A stretch of DNA of 64,000 nucleotides from Alphaproteobacteria bacterium (GTDB lineage Bacteria > Pseudomonadota > Alphaproteobacteria > Rickettsiales > UBA3002): positions 12,999-76,998 of the forward strand of contig JBBCHK010000008.1 of the NCBI GenBank assembly GCA_037200745.1. Direction: 5' to 3'. The position numbers were made by a program, and so were the translations under genes. Positions 23,101-34,939 of the stretch are shown here, one piece after another; within the stretch, counting starts at the first letter, position 1; the number at the start of each line of letters is the position of its first letter. The notes under the pieces were generated by a model. It had not been told where the DNA came from. It ran no database searches and was given only the letters and a program-made list of their open reading frames with translations.

Positions 23101-23870
23101 GCCGGTTTCTTCAGCGCGAGGAACAGCGGCTGCCAGCTCGCGGCGACGCCCTGCGGCGTGGCGTGGCGCCGCTCATACTCGGCGATCAGGCGGCTGAGGC
23201 GGTAGCGCGGCGCGAAATGGTTCGCCCGCTCGCGCATCGCGTTGCCGGCGCCGATGTCGCGCATCGCGCTGAGCAGGCCGAAAGCGCTGGTGTAATAGAG
23301 CGTCTCGATGTCGCTGCGCTCGCGCTCGATGTCCAGCCCGGCGGCCTGCGCCTGCGCGCGGTAGGTGGCCACCGGCTCCATCGGCAGCAGGCCGAGCTCG
23401 CCGCTGCCCGCGAGCGCCTTGAGCTCGCGCAGGGTCTCTTTCGTCAGCGTCACCAGCACCGCGGACGCGCCGGGCTTCAGCACGCGCGCGATCTCGCGCA
23501 GCGCCGCCGGCCTGTCCTCCACCCATTGCAGGCAGAGCGAGGAGAAAACGCCATCCATGCTCGCCGAGGCGAAGGGCAGCGACACCGCGTCCGCCTGCGT
23601 GACCGCGCCCGTGCGCTTACGTGCCGCGTCGCACATGCCGGGCGAGAGGTCGAGGCAGGCGATGCGCCAGCCGGGGCGCTGCGCCGAGGCTTCCTCGGCG
23701 AAAAGCCCGGTGCCGCAGCCGACGTCGAGCAGCTGCGCGCGCTCGGGGAAAATGGCGAGCGCCCAGTCGAGCCCGCGCCGCATCAGCGAGTGCTGGTAGG
23801 TGGCGAGCGCATCGTAGCGCGCCGCGGCGCGCGAGAAATTCCGCTGCAGCCGTGCGCGCTCGACGCTCAT
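23097..23870 (-). CDS. bioC: malonyl-ACP O-methyltransferase
   Basis: SAM-binding motif LLDVGCGTGLF and FSSLCLQWV. Overlapping stop/start with both neighbours. Confidence 0.85.
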   Translation of the reverse strand: MSVERARLQRNFSRAAARYDALATYQHSLMRRGLDWALAIFPERAQLLDVGCGTGLFAEEASAQRPGWRIACLDLSPGMCDAARKRTGAVTQADAVSLPFASASMDGVFSSLCLQWVEDRPAALREIARVLKPGASAVLVTLTKETLRELKALAGSGELGLLPMEPVATYRAQAQAAGLDIERERSDIETLYYTSAFGLLSAMRDIGAGNAMRERANHFAPRYRLSRLIAEYERRHATPQGVAASWQPLFLALKKPA

Positions 23871-24550
23871 GCGGCCGCCTTCTGCGCGCGGCGATGCTCG
23901 GCGATCTCGCGCGCCAGCCGCGCGGGATCGTGCAAATGCGGCGCGTGGCCGGTGCCCTCCCAACGCGAGATGGTGACGTTCGGCAAGGCGCAGAACTGCT
24001 CCGCCTGCGCCACGGGCACGATCGCATCCGCCTCGCCGTGGATGGCCAGGGTCGGCGGCAACTGTTCAAGGAATGCAGCGTCGGGATGGTATTCCGCCAG
24101 CGCGTCGAGCCATGGCAGCCAGCGCGCAGCGTCGTCCGCCGACGGGTGGTGGCGGAAGTCGCGCAGGATCTCGCGCTGCCTTGTGTCGTTTTTCGCCACC
24201 AGCCCGGCGAAGCGCTCCATGCTGCGCGCGGGATCGCGCTGGTAGCTTTCGCGGAAGAGCGTGAAGGTCTCCTTCCCCATGCCGCCCGGGCCGACGAACT
24301 GCCAGGGCGTGGCGATCAGCGTCAGGTGGCGCGGGCGGAGCACGCCCTCGGCGATGGCGCGCAGGGCGAGCTGCCCGCCCAGCGACCAGCCGACGACGTG
24401 GGGCATCGCGGGGACGTCACGCAGCGCCTCGATCGCCGCTTTGGGCGAGGCAAAGGCGCTGTATTGGAAAACCGCCGCATCCGGCAGGATCGCGGCCAGC
24501 GCATCCGCCGGTTGCGTCCAGCCGCTCAATGTCAGGGTGGTGGCGCTCAT
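23867..24550 (-). CDS. alpha/beta hydrolase, putative pimeloyl-ACP methyl ester esterase (BioH-like)
   Basis: Nucleophile elbow GWSLGG and a C-terminal GHAPH. Sits between bioF and bioC with ATGA overlaps. Confidence 0.7.
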   Translation of the reverse strand: MSATTLTLSGWTQPADALAAILPDAAVFQYSAFASPKAAIEALRDVPAMPHVVGWSLGGQLALRAIAEGVLRPRHLTLIATPWQFVGPGGMGKETFTLFRESYQRDPARSMERFAGLVAKNDTRQREILRDFRHHPSADDAARWLPWLDALAEYHPDAAFLEQLPPTLAIHGEADAIVPVAQAEQFCALPNVTISRWEGTGHAPHLHDPARLAREIAEHRRAQKAAA

Positions 24551-25674
24551 GCGGCGAGTCTCTCCGTTTTCAGCGCCCGAATCAACCGCTCGACATGCGC
24601 ATCCTCGTGCGCAGCGGAGAAGGCCAGCCGCAGCCGCGCGGTCCCCGGCGGCACCGTCGGCGGGCGGATGGCGACGGCGAGGATGCCCTGCGCCCTGAGC
24701 GCATCGGAAGCCGCCAGTGCCGCCCGTTCCTCGCCGAGGATGAGGGGCACGATGGCGCTTTGCGCCGGCGGCAGCCCCAGCGCATCGGTGAAGCGCCGCG
24801 CCAGCGCGAGCGCCCGCTCGCCGCGCTGCGGCTCGGCCTCGATGATGCCGAGCGCAGCCAGCGCCGCCGCGCAATTGGCCGGCGGCAGGCCGGTGGAGAA
24901 AACGAGGCTGCGCGCGGCACTGGTGAGGCAATCGATGATTTCGCGCGCGCCGGCGACATAGCCGCCATAGGCGCCGACGGATTTCGACAAGGTCCCCATC
25001 CAGAGATCGACGCCGGATGTATCGCGGTTGCGCAGCACGCCGAATCCGTGCGCATCATCCACCATCAGCCATGCGTCGTGCGATTTCGCCAGCGCGGAGA
25101 GTTCGGCCAGCGGCGCGACATCGCCGTCCATGCTGTAGACATGGTCGACGAGGATGAGCGTGCGTTCATAGCCTGCGCGGTGCTCCTGAAGCAGCGCCTG
25201 CGCGTGCGAAGCGTCGTTATGGCGGAAGCGTTTGAGCGTCGCGCCGGAAAGCTGGGCGCCGTCGAGCAGGCAGGCATGGACCAGCTTATCGGCGAGAATG
25301 AGGTCCCCCTTGCCGACCAGCGCCGGGATGGTGCCGATATTGGCGAGGTAGCCGCTGCCGAAGACCAGCGCCGCCTCCTGCCCCTTCATGGCCGCAAGCT
25401 TCGCTTCCAGCGGCGCGTAGAGCGGGTGGTCGCCGGTGACCAGCCGCGACGCCCCCGCCCCCGCGCCGTATGCCGCCAGCGCCTCCTGCGCGGCAGCGAT
25501 GACGGCGGGATGTTGGCTTAATCCCAGGTAGTCATTGCAGGCAAAAGAGATATATCGCTGCACGCCTTGCGTGACGCTCACGCCGTCGCGCATCGATTCC
25601 GTCAGCGAGCGGCGGCGATGCGCCGCTTCGAGCGCGGCGAGTTCGGTGCGGCAATACTCAGCGAGCGATGGCAT
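24547..25674 (-). CDS. bioF: 8-amino-7-oxononanoate synthase
   Basis: [25 protein letters not shown], and [12 protein letters not shown] (PLP lysine). Confidence 0.9.
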   Translation of the reverse strand: MPSLAEYCRTELAALEAAHRRRSLTESMRDGVSVTQGVQRYISFACNDYLGLSQHPAVIAAAQEALAAYGAGAGASRLVTGDHPLYAPLEAKLAAMKGQEAALVFGSGYLANIGTIPALVGKGDLILADKLVHACLLDGAQLSGATLKRFRHNDASHAQALLQEHRAGYERTLILVDHVYSMDGDVAPLAELSALAKSHDAWLMVDDAHGFGVLRNRDTSGVDLWMGTLSKSVGAYGGYVAGAREIIDCLTSAARSLVFSTGLPPANCAAALAALGIIEAEPQRGERALALARRFTDALGLPPAQSAIVPLILGEERAALAASDALRAQGILAVAIRPPTVPPGTARLRLAFSAAHEDAHVERLIRALKTERLAA

Positions 25675-25742
25675 TTTTCCTTTGTCAGCCTTGGATAGAC
25701 CGGGTAAATCTCTGGCACAAACCAGCCAGCGAGGCGAGCAGA

Positions 25743-26714
25743 ATGTCAACCATCCGCCATGATTGGAGCCGCGCTGAGGCGCTCGCGCTTTACGCCTTGC
25801 CGCTCAATGACTTGCTGTGGCGCGCGCAGGCCGTCCACCGCGCGCATTTCGACGCCAACGAGGTGCAGGTCTCGACGCTGTGCTCCATCAAGACCGGCGG
25901 CTGCGCCGAGGATTGCGGCTACTGCTCGCAAAGTTCGCATTTCGACACCGGCGTGAAAGCCACCAAGCGCATGGACGTCGCCGCCGTCATCGATGAGGCG
26001 AAAAAGGCGAAGGCGGCCGGCGCGTCGCGCTTCTGCATGGGCGCCGCGTGGCGCGAGCCGAAGGAGCACGACATGGCGCCGCTCGCGGAGATGATCGCCG
26101 GCGTCAAGGCGCTGGGGCTGGAGACCTGCGCCACGCTCGGCATGCTGAGCGATTCGCAGGCGAAGCAGCTTGCGGGCGCCGGGCTCGATTATTACAACCA
26201 CAACCTCGACACCTCGGAGAATTTCTACGGCGAGATCATCACCACCCGCACCTACCAGGACCGGCTGGATACGCTGGGCCGCGTGCGCTCGGCGGGGATG
26301 AAAGTCTGCTGCGGCGGCATCCTCGGCATGGGCGAGCAGCGCGAGGACCGCGCCGACCTGCTGGTGACGCTCGCCAACCTGCCCGCGCACCCGGAAAGCG
26401 TGCCGATCAACATGCTGATCCCGATCAGCGGCACGAAGCTCGGCCATGTCGAGCCGCTCGACGGCATCGAGTTCGTGCGCACCGTCGCGGTGGCGCGCAT
26501 CCTCATGCCGCGCTCGATGGTGCGCCTCTCCGCCGGCCGCGAGGCGATGAGCGACGAGCTGCAGGCGCTGTGCTTCCTCGCCGGTGCCAACTCCATCTTC
26601 TACGGAGAGAAACTGCTCACCGCCGCCAACCCGCAGGCGGACGCGGACGATAAGCTCTTCGCCAAGCTCGGCCTCACGCCGATGGAACCGCGCGGCGCTG
26701 AAGCCGCCGCCTAA
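25743..26714 (+). CDS. bioB: biotin synthase
   Basis: Radical-SAM motif [11 protein letters not shown], also [12 protein letters not shown] and YNHNLDTS. Confidence 0.95.
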   Translation: MSTIRHDWSRAEALALYALPLNDLLWRAQAVHRAHFDANEVQVSTLCSIKTGGCAEDCGYCSQSSHFDTGVKATKRMDVAAVIDEAKKAKAAGASRFCMGAAWREPKEHDMAPLAEMIAGVKALGLETCATLGMLSDSQAKQLAGAGLDYYNHNLDTSENFYGEIITTRTYQDRLDTLGRVRSAGMKVCCGGILGMGEQREDRADLLVTLANLPAHPESVPINMLIPISGTKLGHVEPLDGIEFVRTVAVARILMPRSMVRLSAGREAMSDELQALCFLAGANSIFYGEKLLTAANPQADADDKLFAKLGLTPMEPRGAEAAA

Positions 26715-26715
26715 C

Positions 26716-27975
26716 ATGGCCGACGACGCCGCATGGCTCGCCGAAGGCTGGCCGCACGTGTGGCTGCCTTACGCGCAGATGCAGACGGTGATTCCACCCC
26801 TGCCCGTCATCAGCGCGCAAGGGTGTCGTTTGAAACTCGCCGACGGGCGCGAGCTCATCGACGGCATCGCTTCGTGGTGGAGCGTCTGCCACGGCTACCA
26901 GCACCCGCACATCGTCGGCGCGATCCGGAAGCAGGCGGAGCAGCTGAGCCACGTCATGTTCGCCGGGCTGGCGCACGAGCCGGCCTATACGCTGGCGAAG
27001 CGCCTCTGCGGCTTCACGCGGATGGACATGGAGCGCGTGTTCTTCGCCGAATCCGGCTCGGTCGCGGTCGAGGTGGCGCTCAAGATGGCGCTGCAATACT
27101 GGCGCAACAAGGGCGCTGCGAAGAAGAACAAGTTCCTTTCGTTCAACCACGGCTATCACGGCGACACGGCGGGCGCGATGGGCGTCTCGGCGAAAAGCCA
27201 TTTCAACAACGCCTACGAAAGCCTGACGCTGCGCAACTTCCAGCTCGACATCCCGACCGACGAATACAGCTTCGCCGAATTCGCCGATACCGTCGCGGCG
27301 ATCCGCGGCCAGCTCGCGGCGATCATCGTCGAGCCGCTGGTGCAGGCGGCGGGCGGCTTCCGCTTCCACTCGCCGGACATTCTGAGCGAGATCCGCCGCG
27401 TCGCGCGCGAGCAGGAGGTGCTGTTCATCGCCGACGAGATCGCCACCGGCTTCGGCCGCACCGGCAACCGCTTCGCCTGCGACGAGGCGGGCATTTCGCC
27501 GGACATCCTGTGCCTCGGCAAGGCCTTGACCGGCGGCCACATCCCGCTGGCGGCGACGCTGGCCTCGAAAGCCGTATTCGACGCCTTCCTCGGCGACTCG
27601 GCCGACAAGGCGCTGATGCACGGCCCCACCTTCATGGCGAACCCCCTCGCCTGCGCGGCCGCGAACGCCTCGCTGGATTTATTTGAGCGCGAGCCAAGGC
27701 TGGCGCAGGCCGAAGCGCTGGAGCAAAAGCTGCGCGATGGCCTTTCCGCCTTCACCGCGCGGCCGCAAGTGGTCGACATGCGCGTCAAAGGCGCCATCGG
27801 TGTACTGGAATTGAAAGAAGGCACGGATGTTTACGCGCTGCGCCGCGCGTTCGTCGAACATGGCGCATGGATTCGGCCGTTCGATACGTCGCTCTACCTG
27901 ATGCCGCCGTTCACGATTTCGGACGATGAGATGGCGACGCTTTTCGGTGCGATGGATAGAGCATTAGAAAAATAG
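26716..27975 (+). CDS. bioA: adenosylmethionine-8-amino-7-oxononanoate aminotransferase
   Basis: ASWWSVCHGYQHP, FIADEIATGFGRTG, and DILCLGKALTGG (PLP lysine). Confidence 0.95.
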   Translation: MADDAAWLAEGWPHVWLPYAQMQTVIPPLPVISAQGCRLKLADGRELIDGIASWWSVCHGYQHPHIVGAIRKQAEQLSHVMFAGLAHEPAYTLAKRLCGFTRMDMERVFFAESGSVAVEVALKMALQYWRNKGAAKKNKFLSFNHGYHGDTAGAMGVSAKSHFNNAYESLTLRNFQLDIPTDEYSFAEFADTVAAIRGQLAAIIVEPLVQAAGGFRFHSPDILSEIRRVAREQEVLFIADEIATGFGRTGNRFACDEAGISPDILCLGKALTGGHIPLAATLASKAVFDAFLGDSADKALMHGPTFMANPLACAAANASLDLFEREPRLAQAEALEQKLRDGLSAFTARPQVVDMRVKGAIGVLELKEGTDVYALRRAFVEHGAWIRPFDTSLYLMPPFTISDDEMATLFGAMDRALEK

Positions 27976-27977
27976 CT

Positions 27978-28397
27978 GTCATTTTGGCGTAAGCAGGAAT
28001 CTTCGCCACACTAACGCTTAGGACCAAATCCTGGTTCCTTATTTTTAATGCACTCAGACAGTGCATATGTCCCCACATCGTGGGGCGTATAAGGAATCTT
28101 GGCATGATCTCCCGGATGAGCGGGTGTCGTCGATCCCCAACGGTGTAAAAGCTCTTCGGATAGCGCATCGGCAGTCGGCTTGTTTATCTTAGCAAGATCG
28201 GAGAGCGATTTCTCGATGCGCGCCGATGCCGCAATACATTCTTTGACCAGCGACTCTACCCTTTTACTCTCCTTATCGCCGTCCATGGCAATCTCCTAAA
28301 TGCAGACAGAATCAAAAGCATATCTCGATTTTGTTAATAATTCACTAACGGCCTCAATTGGGCCAGTGCGCTGGGTGCCAGCTTTCGCTGGCATGAC
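27978..28397. repeat. low-GC insert bounded by divergent family-B-like terminal arms
   Basis: Left arm GTCATTTTGGCGTAAGCAGGAATC (27978-). Right arm CTGGGTGCCAGCTTTCGCTGGCATGAC (-28397), compare CTGGATTCCCGCTTTCGCGGGAATGAC. The interior is about 45% GC and carries one small ORF. Confidence 0.5.
28011..28286 (-). CDS. hypothetical protein, 91 aa
   Basis: Intact ORF with an AGGAGA RBS 6 nt upstream of the ATG. Low GC. No family recognised. Confidence 0.5.
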   Translation of the reverse strand: MDGDKESKRVESLVKECIAASARIEKSLSDLAKINKPTADALSEELLHRWGSTTPAHPGDHAKIPYTPHDVGTYALSECIKNKEPGFGPKR

Positions 28398-28403
28398 AAA
28401 GTA

Positions 28404-30218
28404 TTACTTCACCAACTGGTCGATGTAGCCGCCGATGACGTCGAGGCCGGCCTGCCAGAAATCGGGCTTGCTGGCGTCGAGGCCGAAGGGTTTTAGCAAC
28501 TCCTTGTGGCGCTTGGTGCCGCCGGCTTTCAGCATGTCGAGATATTTGGCGGCGAACTGCTTGCCGCGGCCGGCCTTGGCTTCCTTGCGGTAGACGCCGT
28601 AGAGCGAGTTCACCAGGCAGTCCCCGAACGCGTAGGCATACACGTAGAACGGCGTGTGGATGAAATGCGGGATGTACATCCAGTAGACGCTGTAGTCCGG
28701 CGTCAGCTTGATCGCCGGCCCGAGCGATTCGGCCTGCACTTTCATCCATAGCTCGCCGATGCGCTCCGGCGTGAGCTCGCCCTTGCGGCGCTCCTCGTGC
28801 ACCAGCCGCTCGAACTCGCAGAAGGCGACCTGGCGCACCACCGTGTTGAGCATATCCTCGACCTTGCCGGCGATGAGCAGCTTGCGCCGCGTTTCGTCCT
28901 TCTCGCGGGCGAGCAGCTCCTGGAAGGTCAGCATTTCGCCGAAGACGGAGGCGGTCTCGGCGAGCGTCAGCGGCGTGTCGGCCATCAGCGCGCCCTGAGC
29001 GGCGGAGAGAAGCTGGTGCACGCCGTGGCCGAGCTCGTGGGCGAGGGTCATCACGTCGCGCGTCTTGCCCTGGTAGTTCATCAGGATGAACGGGTGCGCC
29101 GAGGGCACGGTCGGGTGGGCGAAGGCGCCCGGGTCCTTGCCGGGGCGCACCGGCGCGTCGATCCAGCGCTCGTTGAAGAAGCGCATGCCGAGGCGCGCCA
29201 TTTCGGGCGAGAAGGCCTTGTAGGCGGAGAGCACGGTGGAGACGGCGCCGTTCCAGTCGAAGCGGCGGTCGGACTCGGCGGGCAGCGGCGCGTTGCGGTC
29301 CCAGTAGTTGAGCGCGCTGCGGCCGAACTGCGCGGCCTTCCACGCATAATAGCGGTGGCTCAAATTCCCGTAATTCTTCTTCACCGTCGCGATCAGCGCG
29401 GCGACGACCTCGTCCTCCACCTGGTTGTCGACGTTGCGACTGCTGATGGGCTTCTTGAAGCCGCGCTTCTTGTCCTCGACCTCTTTTCCCTTGGCCAGCG
29501 TGTTGGTGATGAGCGCGAAGAGCGGCGCGTTCTTCTTGAACGCGCGGGCGATCGCCTCGGCGGCCTTGCGGCGTTTCTTGGGGCTTTTGTGCGACAGCAG
29601 GTCGAACACTTCGGCCGAGCCGAGCTTCTTCTTGCCGACCTTGAAGCTCAGGCGGGCGATGGATTCGTCGAACAGCCGGCTCCACGCGTCCTCGACCACC
29701 GAGCTTTCATGGATGTACTGCTCCAGCTCGTCGGAAAGCTGGTAGGGCTTGTAGTTGCGCACGTGGTCGAACCACGGCCTGTAGCGCGCGAGCTTCTTGC
29801 TGGCGGCGAAGGATTTGGCGAGGAATGCGTCGTCCAGCCGGTTGATCTCCAGCCCGAAGAAAATGAGCTTCGAGGAAATGTTCGTCAGCGTGTCGGAGAT
29901 GTTCTGGTAGAACTGCGCGATGGCGGAGTCCTGCATGTTGCCGGCGTAGAGCAGCTGCGCGTAGCTGCCGAGCTTGCCGAGCTCCTGCTCGATCCGCTCG
30001 AAAGCGGCGACCGCTTCCAGTAGCTGCGCGGGCGCCAGCGTTTTCAGCTGGCCTTGATATTGTTTGGCGAAATCCGCCGCGTCCTTCTCCAGCCGCTTGG
30101 CGTCGCGGGCGATGGCGGGGTCCTGCATGCCCTTGTAGAGCGCGGAAAGGTCCCATTCGGGAAGCCGGTCCGACGCCGCTGCGGGCGAGGCCTGCTTGCG
30201 TTTAGTGGCTGCTGCCAT
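28404..30218 (-). CDS. pepF: oligoendopeptidase F (M3 family)
   Basis: HELGHGVH zinc motif. About 604 aa from MAAATKRKQAS. AAGGAGA RBS. Confidence 0.9.
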   Translation of the reverse strand: MAAATKRKQASPAAASDRLPEWDLSALYKGMQDPAIARDAKRLEKDAADFAKQYQGQLKTLAPAQLLEAVAAFERIEQELGKLGSYAQLLYAGNMQDSAIAQFYQNISDTLTNISSKLIFFGLEINRLDDAFLAKSFAASKKLARYRPWFDHVRNYKPYQLSDELEQYIHESSVVEDAWSRLFDESIARLSFKVGKKKLGSAEVFDLLSHKSPKKRRKAAEAIARAFKKNAPLFALITNTLAKGKEVEDKKRGFKKPISSRNVDNQVEDEVVAALIATVKKNYGNLSHRYYAWKAAQFGRSALNYWDRNAPLPAESDRRFDWNGAVSTVLSAYKAFSPEMARLGMRFFNERWIDAPVRPGKDPGAFAHPTVPSAHPFILMNYQGKTRDVMTLAHELGHGVHQLLSAAQGALMADTPLTLAETASVFGEMLTFQELLAREKDETRRKLLIAGKVEDMLNTVVRQVAFCEFERLVHEERRKGELTPERIGELWMKVQAESLGPAIKLTPDYSVYWMYIPHFIHTPFYVYAYAFGDCLVNSLYGVYRKEAKAGRGKQFAAKYLDMLKAGGTKRHKELLKPFGLDASKPDFWQAGLDVIGGYIDQLVK

Positions 30219-31521
30219 GGTCGTCTCCTTTGGCCGGTGCGGCGGGCACCGCCGGTTGCGGCTGGACATGCGAGAGCTTGTGCCTGAGGAAGATGGTGAA
30301 CAACTCCTCGAATGTCGAGTGGCCGATGACGAACGCGCCGCCATGCGTGCGCGCGACGTCGACCGAGAGGTCCTTCACGTCGGCGAAATCCATGCCGGCG
30401 ATGTGGCTGACGATATCGGCCACCAGTGCCTCGCCCTCGGCGCTGAGCATGCCGTATTTCTTCAGCTCGGCGGTGAGGAACGGCAGGTTGGTGAGGCTCA
30501 AATGCGCCTTGCCGACGGGCAGCACGTCGTTCGCCTCACCGCTGAAATCGGCGGTGGCGTCGAGCGCGGCGTTCTTCGTGTGCAGCGCCAGCGTTTTCAG
30601 CACGAAATGCGACGATTTGGCCGTTTTCGCGTCGCCGCCGTTGTAAATAAAGTCGTAGACCAGCGAGATGGGCGCGTTGGGCAGCAATTCTGCTGCTGCG
30701 GTGATGTCGCCGAAATGCAGCGACGACGTCATGGTCTCGATGCCTTTGGAATCGAGCGTGTCGCTCCACTTGCTGTCGAACTCGGCAATTTTAATGGCCG
30801 CGTCCGGCATGCCCTCGGGCGCGATGACGATGTCCTTCAGCAGCACGGTGCTCTCGCCCAGCTTCTTCTCGCCGATGGCGATGCGCAGGTCGCCCTCGCC
30901 CGAATCGAGCGAGAGGATGATGGTCTCGTACGTGTCGGCGGCGCCCGGGTGCTCGCGCAGGTAGGTGAGCTTCGTCGATTTTGGCCAGTCGTGGTGGTAG
31001 TGCACGTAATCCCGCGAGTCGGTGCGCTCCTGCGTGACGTCGAGCGTCCACGGCGTGGCGGGGGCGATGGTGAGCAGCGCCTTGCCCGGCGTCTCCTCGG
31101 TGGCGACGTTGATCGCGGACGGCAGCACCAGCCGCATCGCCGAAAGGTCGGCCGATTCGGGATAGATCTCGAAGGTCGGCGTGCTCAGCAGCAGCGAGCC
31201 CGGCTTGCCGGCGGAAGGCGGCGGCGCGTTGCCCGGCAGCGGCTTGATGAGCAGCTTCGGATCGTGGACGATGGCGTGGCGGTCGGAGAGTCTGCCGGTG
31301 ATCTCGACCTCGCCGTAGGTGAGCTCGACGTCGCGCCCCTGCGCCTGTCCTTCCTGCTTGAGGTGGGCGGCGAAGCGGTCGAGCTGCTGCTGCACGAGCT
31401 GCGCGTCGATGCGCGTGTAGGAGGCAAGCACGACCAGCAGCGCAATGACGGCGACGGCGCCCAGCGCGATGAGCGTATAGCGGCGCTTGCTCCAGTGGCG
31501 TACTGCGTTCCCGTCGCTCAT
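30202..31521 (-). CDS. membrane-anchored hypothetical protein, 439 aa (possibly DUF2125-like, unverified)
   Basis: Intact ORF. N-terminal transmembrane segment YTLIALGAVAVIALLVVLASY followed by a large soluble domain. Confidence 0.55.
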   Translation of the reverse strand: MSDGNAVRHWSKRRYTLIALGAVAVIALLVVLASYTRIDAQLVQQQLDRFAAHLKQEGQAQGRDVELTYGEVEITGRLSDRHAIVHDPKLLIKPLPGNAPPPSAGKPGSLLLSTPTFEIYPESADLSAMRLVLPSAINVATEETPGKALLTIAPATPWTLDVTQERTDSRDYVHYHHDWPKSTKLTYLREHPGAADTYETIILSLDSGEGDLRIAIGEKKLGESTVLLKDIVIAPEGMPDAAIKIAEFDSKWSDTLDSKGIETMTSSLHFGDITAAAELLPNAPISLVYDFIYNGGDAKTAKSSHFVLKTLALHTKNAALDATADFSGEANDVLPVGKAHLSLTNLPFLTAELKKYGMLSAEGEALVADIVSHIAGMDFADVKDLSVDVARTHGGAFVIGHSTFEELFTIFLRHKLSHVQPQPAVPAAPAKGDDHGSSH

Positions 31522-31868
31522 CAGCTTCCCGTTTTCTTGTCAACCATCATGTTGCGCGTGGCGGAGGGGACGGCGACCTTCAGCCCCTCCAGCGAATCGT
31601 TGACCATGATCTGGCAGCCCAGCCGCGAGGTATGCGTCAGCCCGAAAGCGAGGTCGAGCATGTCCTCCTCGTCGTCCGAAGCCGGGGGCAGCCGGTCGTA
31701 AAAATCCTCCGAAACGATCAGGTGGCAGGTCGAGCAGGCGAGCGAGCCCTCGCAGGCGCCTTCGAGCGGCACGCCGTTCTTGTGCGCGACCTCGAGCAGC
31801 GAAATGCCGTTCGGCGCATCCACCAGCTTCTCCTCGCCCGAAGGCATTACGAAGGTGATTTTCGTCAT
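31521..31868 (-). CDS. fdx: [2Fe-2S] ferredoxin, adrenodoxin type
   Basis: [11 protein letters not shown] ... GCQI cysteine pattern. Last gene of the ISC cluster. Confidence 0.9.
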   Translation of the reverse strand: MTKITFVMPSGEEKLVDAPNGISLLEVAHKNGVPLEGACEGSLACSTCHLIVSEDFYDRLPPASDDEEDMLDLAFGLTHTSRLGCQIMVNDSLEGLKVAVPSATRNMMVDKKTGS

Positions 31869-31869
31869 A

Positions 31870-33711
<1,842 letters not shown>

Positions 33712-33715
33712 GATA

Positions 33716-33811
33716 CCTCCTCCCCCCGCCGGGGGGAGGTTGGGAGGGGGGCATTGTTGAAGCTCCGAGCGGCCGGAGCCCCCACCCTGACCCTCCCCCG
33801 CAGGGGGAGGG
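33716..33811. repeat. family D repeat (hscB-hscA gap)
   Basis: CCTCCTCCCCCCGCCGGGGGGAGG TTGGGAGGGGGG ... CCCCCACCCTGACCCTCCCCCGCAGGGGGAGGG. Confidence 0.75.
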
Positions 33812-33825
33812 AATTCCTGAGACGC

Positions 33826-34347
33826 TCACGCATGGCTACCCGCCTTGAAGCGGAACAGCAGCATGTAGGCCTCTTCGAGCGCTTTGCCCAAATAGGCCAG
33901 CCGCGTGGTTTCCTCGACAGCGCGGGCGGTGTCGTCCGCGGCGAAGGCGTCGGCGAGCGACTGCACGCAGCGCGAGGCTTCGCCTTTGACTTCCTCGACC
34001 ATCGAAAGCAGCGCGCGGCCGTCGCCCGAGGCGGCGGCGATGCGCTCGCGCAGATCCATCATCTCCATCAGCAGCGGCGGCGCGACGGGGCCGCTTTCGT
34101 CCGTGTTGACGAGGACGCCCTTGAGCAGCAGCAGGTGCTCGGCGCGCGTCAGCGGGTTCTTCAGCGTGTCATAGGCCTCGTTGACCCATTGCGCCTGCTC
34201 CACCGCGCGGGCGTGCTCCGCTTTGCCGGCATTCACCAGCTTGTCGGGGTGCGACCGGCGCTGCGCGGCGAAGTAATTCTTCTCGAGCGCTTTTTCGTCG
34301 AGCGCGAAGCCGGTCGGCAGGTCCAGGATATCAAAAAAGTTGAGCAT
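33826..34347 (-). CDS. hscB: co-chaperone HscB (J-domain)
   Basis: MLNFFDILDLPTGFALDEKALEKNYFAAQRRSHPDK J-domain with HPD. Confidence 0.9.
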   Translation of the reverse strand: MLNFFDILDLPTGFALDEKALEKNYFAAQRRSHPDKLVNAGKAEHARAVEQAQWVNEAYDTLKNPLTRAEHLLLLKGVLVNTDESGPVAPPLLMEMMDLRERIAAASGDGRALLSMVEEVKGEASRCVQSLADAFAADDTARAVEETTRLAYLGKALEEAYMLLFRFKAGSHA

Positions 34348-34386
34348 GCGCGCGGGTTTTAGTGCGGTTTGACTCAGGTGTCCACC

Positions 34387-34486
34387 GTCATTCCCCGAAT
34401 TTGCGAAGCAAATTCTAGGGGAATCCAGCAAATGGCGGGGCCGGGCTGGATTCCCCTAGAATCGCCAGGGCGATTCGGGGAATGAC
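34387..34486. repeat. family B variant repeat (GTCATTCCCCGAA..GGGGAATCCAG ... CTGGATTCCCC..TTCGGGGAATGAC)
   Basis: Same termini and CCAG/CTGG core as family B, with different internal hairpin loops. In the iscA-hscB gap. Confidence 0.8.
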
Positions 34487-34488
34487 GG

Positions 34489-34836
34489 TCAGACGTTGAA
34501 GGATTCCCCGCAGCCGCAGCGGCTTTTTTCGTTGGGGTTGACGAAGACGAAGCCGCTTTTGAACTTCTCGTCGACGTAATCCATTTCGGTGCCGAGGAGG
34601 AACATCACCGCCTTGGGGTCGATCATGACGCGCACGCCCTTGTCCTCGACCACCTCGTCGTATTTGCCGATCTCGTCGGCGTATTCGACGGTGTAGGAAA
34701 GCCCCGAGCAGCCGCGCGTGCGAATGCCGATGCGCACCCCCGCCGCCGGCTTGTTGCGCTTGCTCAGCAGCGACTGGATGTGCTCTGCCGCGCGGTCGGT
34801 AAGGCTCAGTGCTTTCGTTGCGGTGTTGGTAATCAT
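34489..34836 (-). CDS. iscA: iron-sulfur cluster assembly protein IscA (HesB family)
   Basis: GCSGLSY ... CGCGESF motifs. The upstream ATG at 34854 lies in the repeat terminus, so 34836 is preferred. Confidence 0.9.
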   Translation of the reverse strand: MITNTATKALSLTDRAAEHIQSLLSKRNKPAAGVRIGIRTRGCSGLSYTVEYADEIGKYDEVVEDKGVRVMIDPKAVMFLLGTEMDYVDEKFKSGFVFVNPNEKSRCGCGESFNV

Positions 34837-34849
34837 CGTTTCTTTTCCT

Positions 34850-34931
34850 GTCATTCCCGCGAAAGCGGGAATCTAGTCCTTCTTTTTAAGTGGCGCTTCG
34901 CGCGCTGGATTCCCGCCTGCGCGGGAATGAC
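34850..34931. repeat. family B repeat (iscU-iscA gap)
   Basis: GTCATTCCCGCGAAAGCGGGAATCTAG ... CTGGATTCCCGCCTGCGCGGGAATGAC. Confidence 0.85.
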
Positions 34932-34939
34932 GAAATCCT

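Noticed and set aside
25713-25729. TGGCAC in the bioF-bioB gap as a possible sigma-54 promoter.
   Set aside because: The downstream element reads AGCC rather than TTGC at the required N5 spacing. The sequence is part of a small CTGG..CCAG palindrome instead.
27911-28168. Alternative 85-aa ORF overlapping the 91-aa gene in the low-GC insert.
   Set aside because: It overlaps the bioA 3' end and the better-supported 28011..28286 ORF. It has no recognisable RBS.
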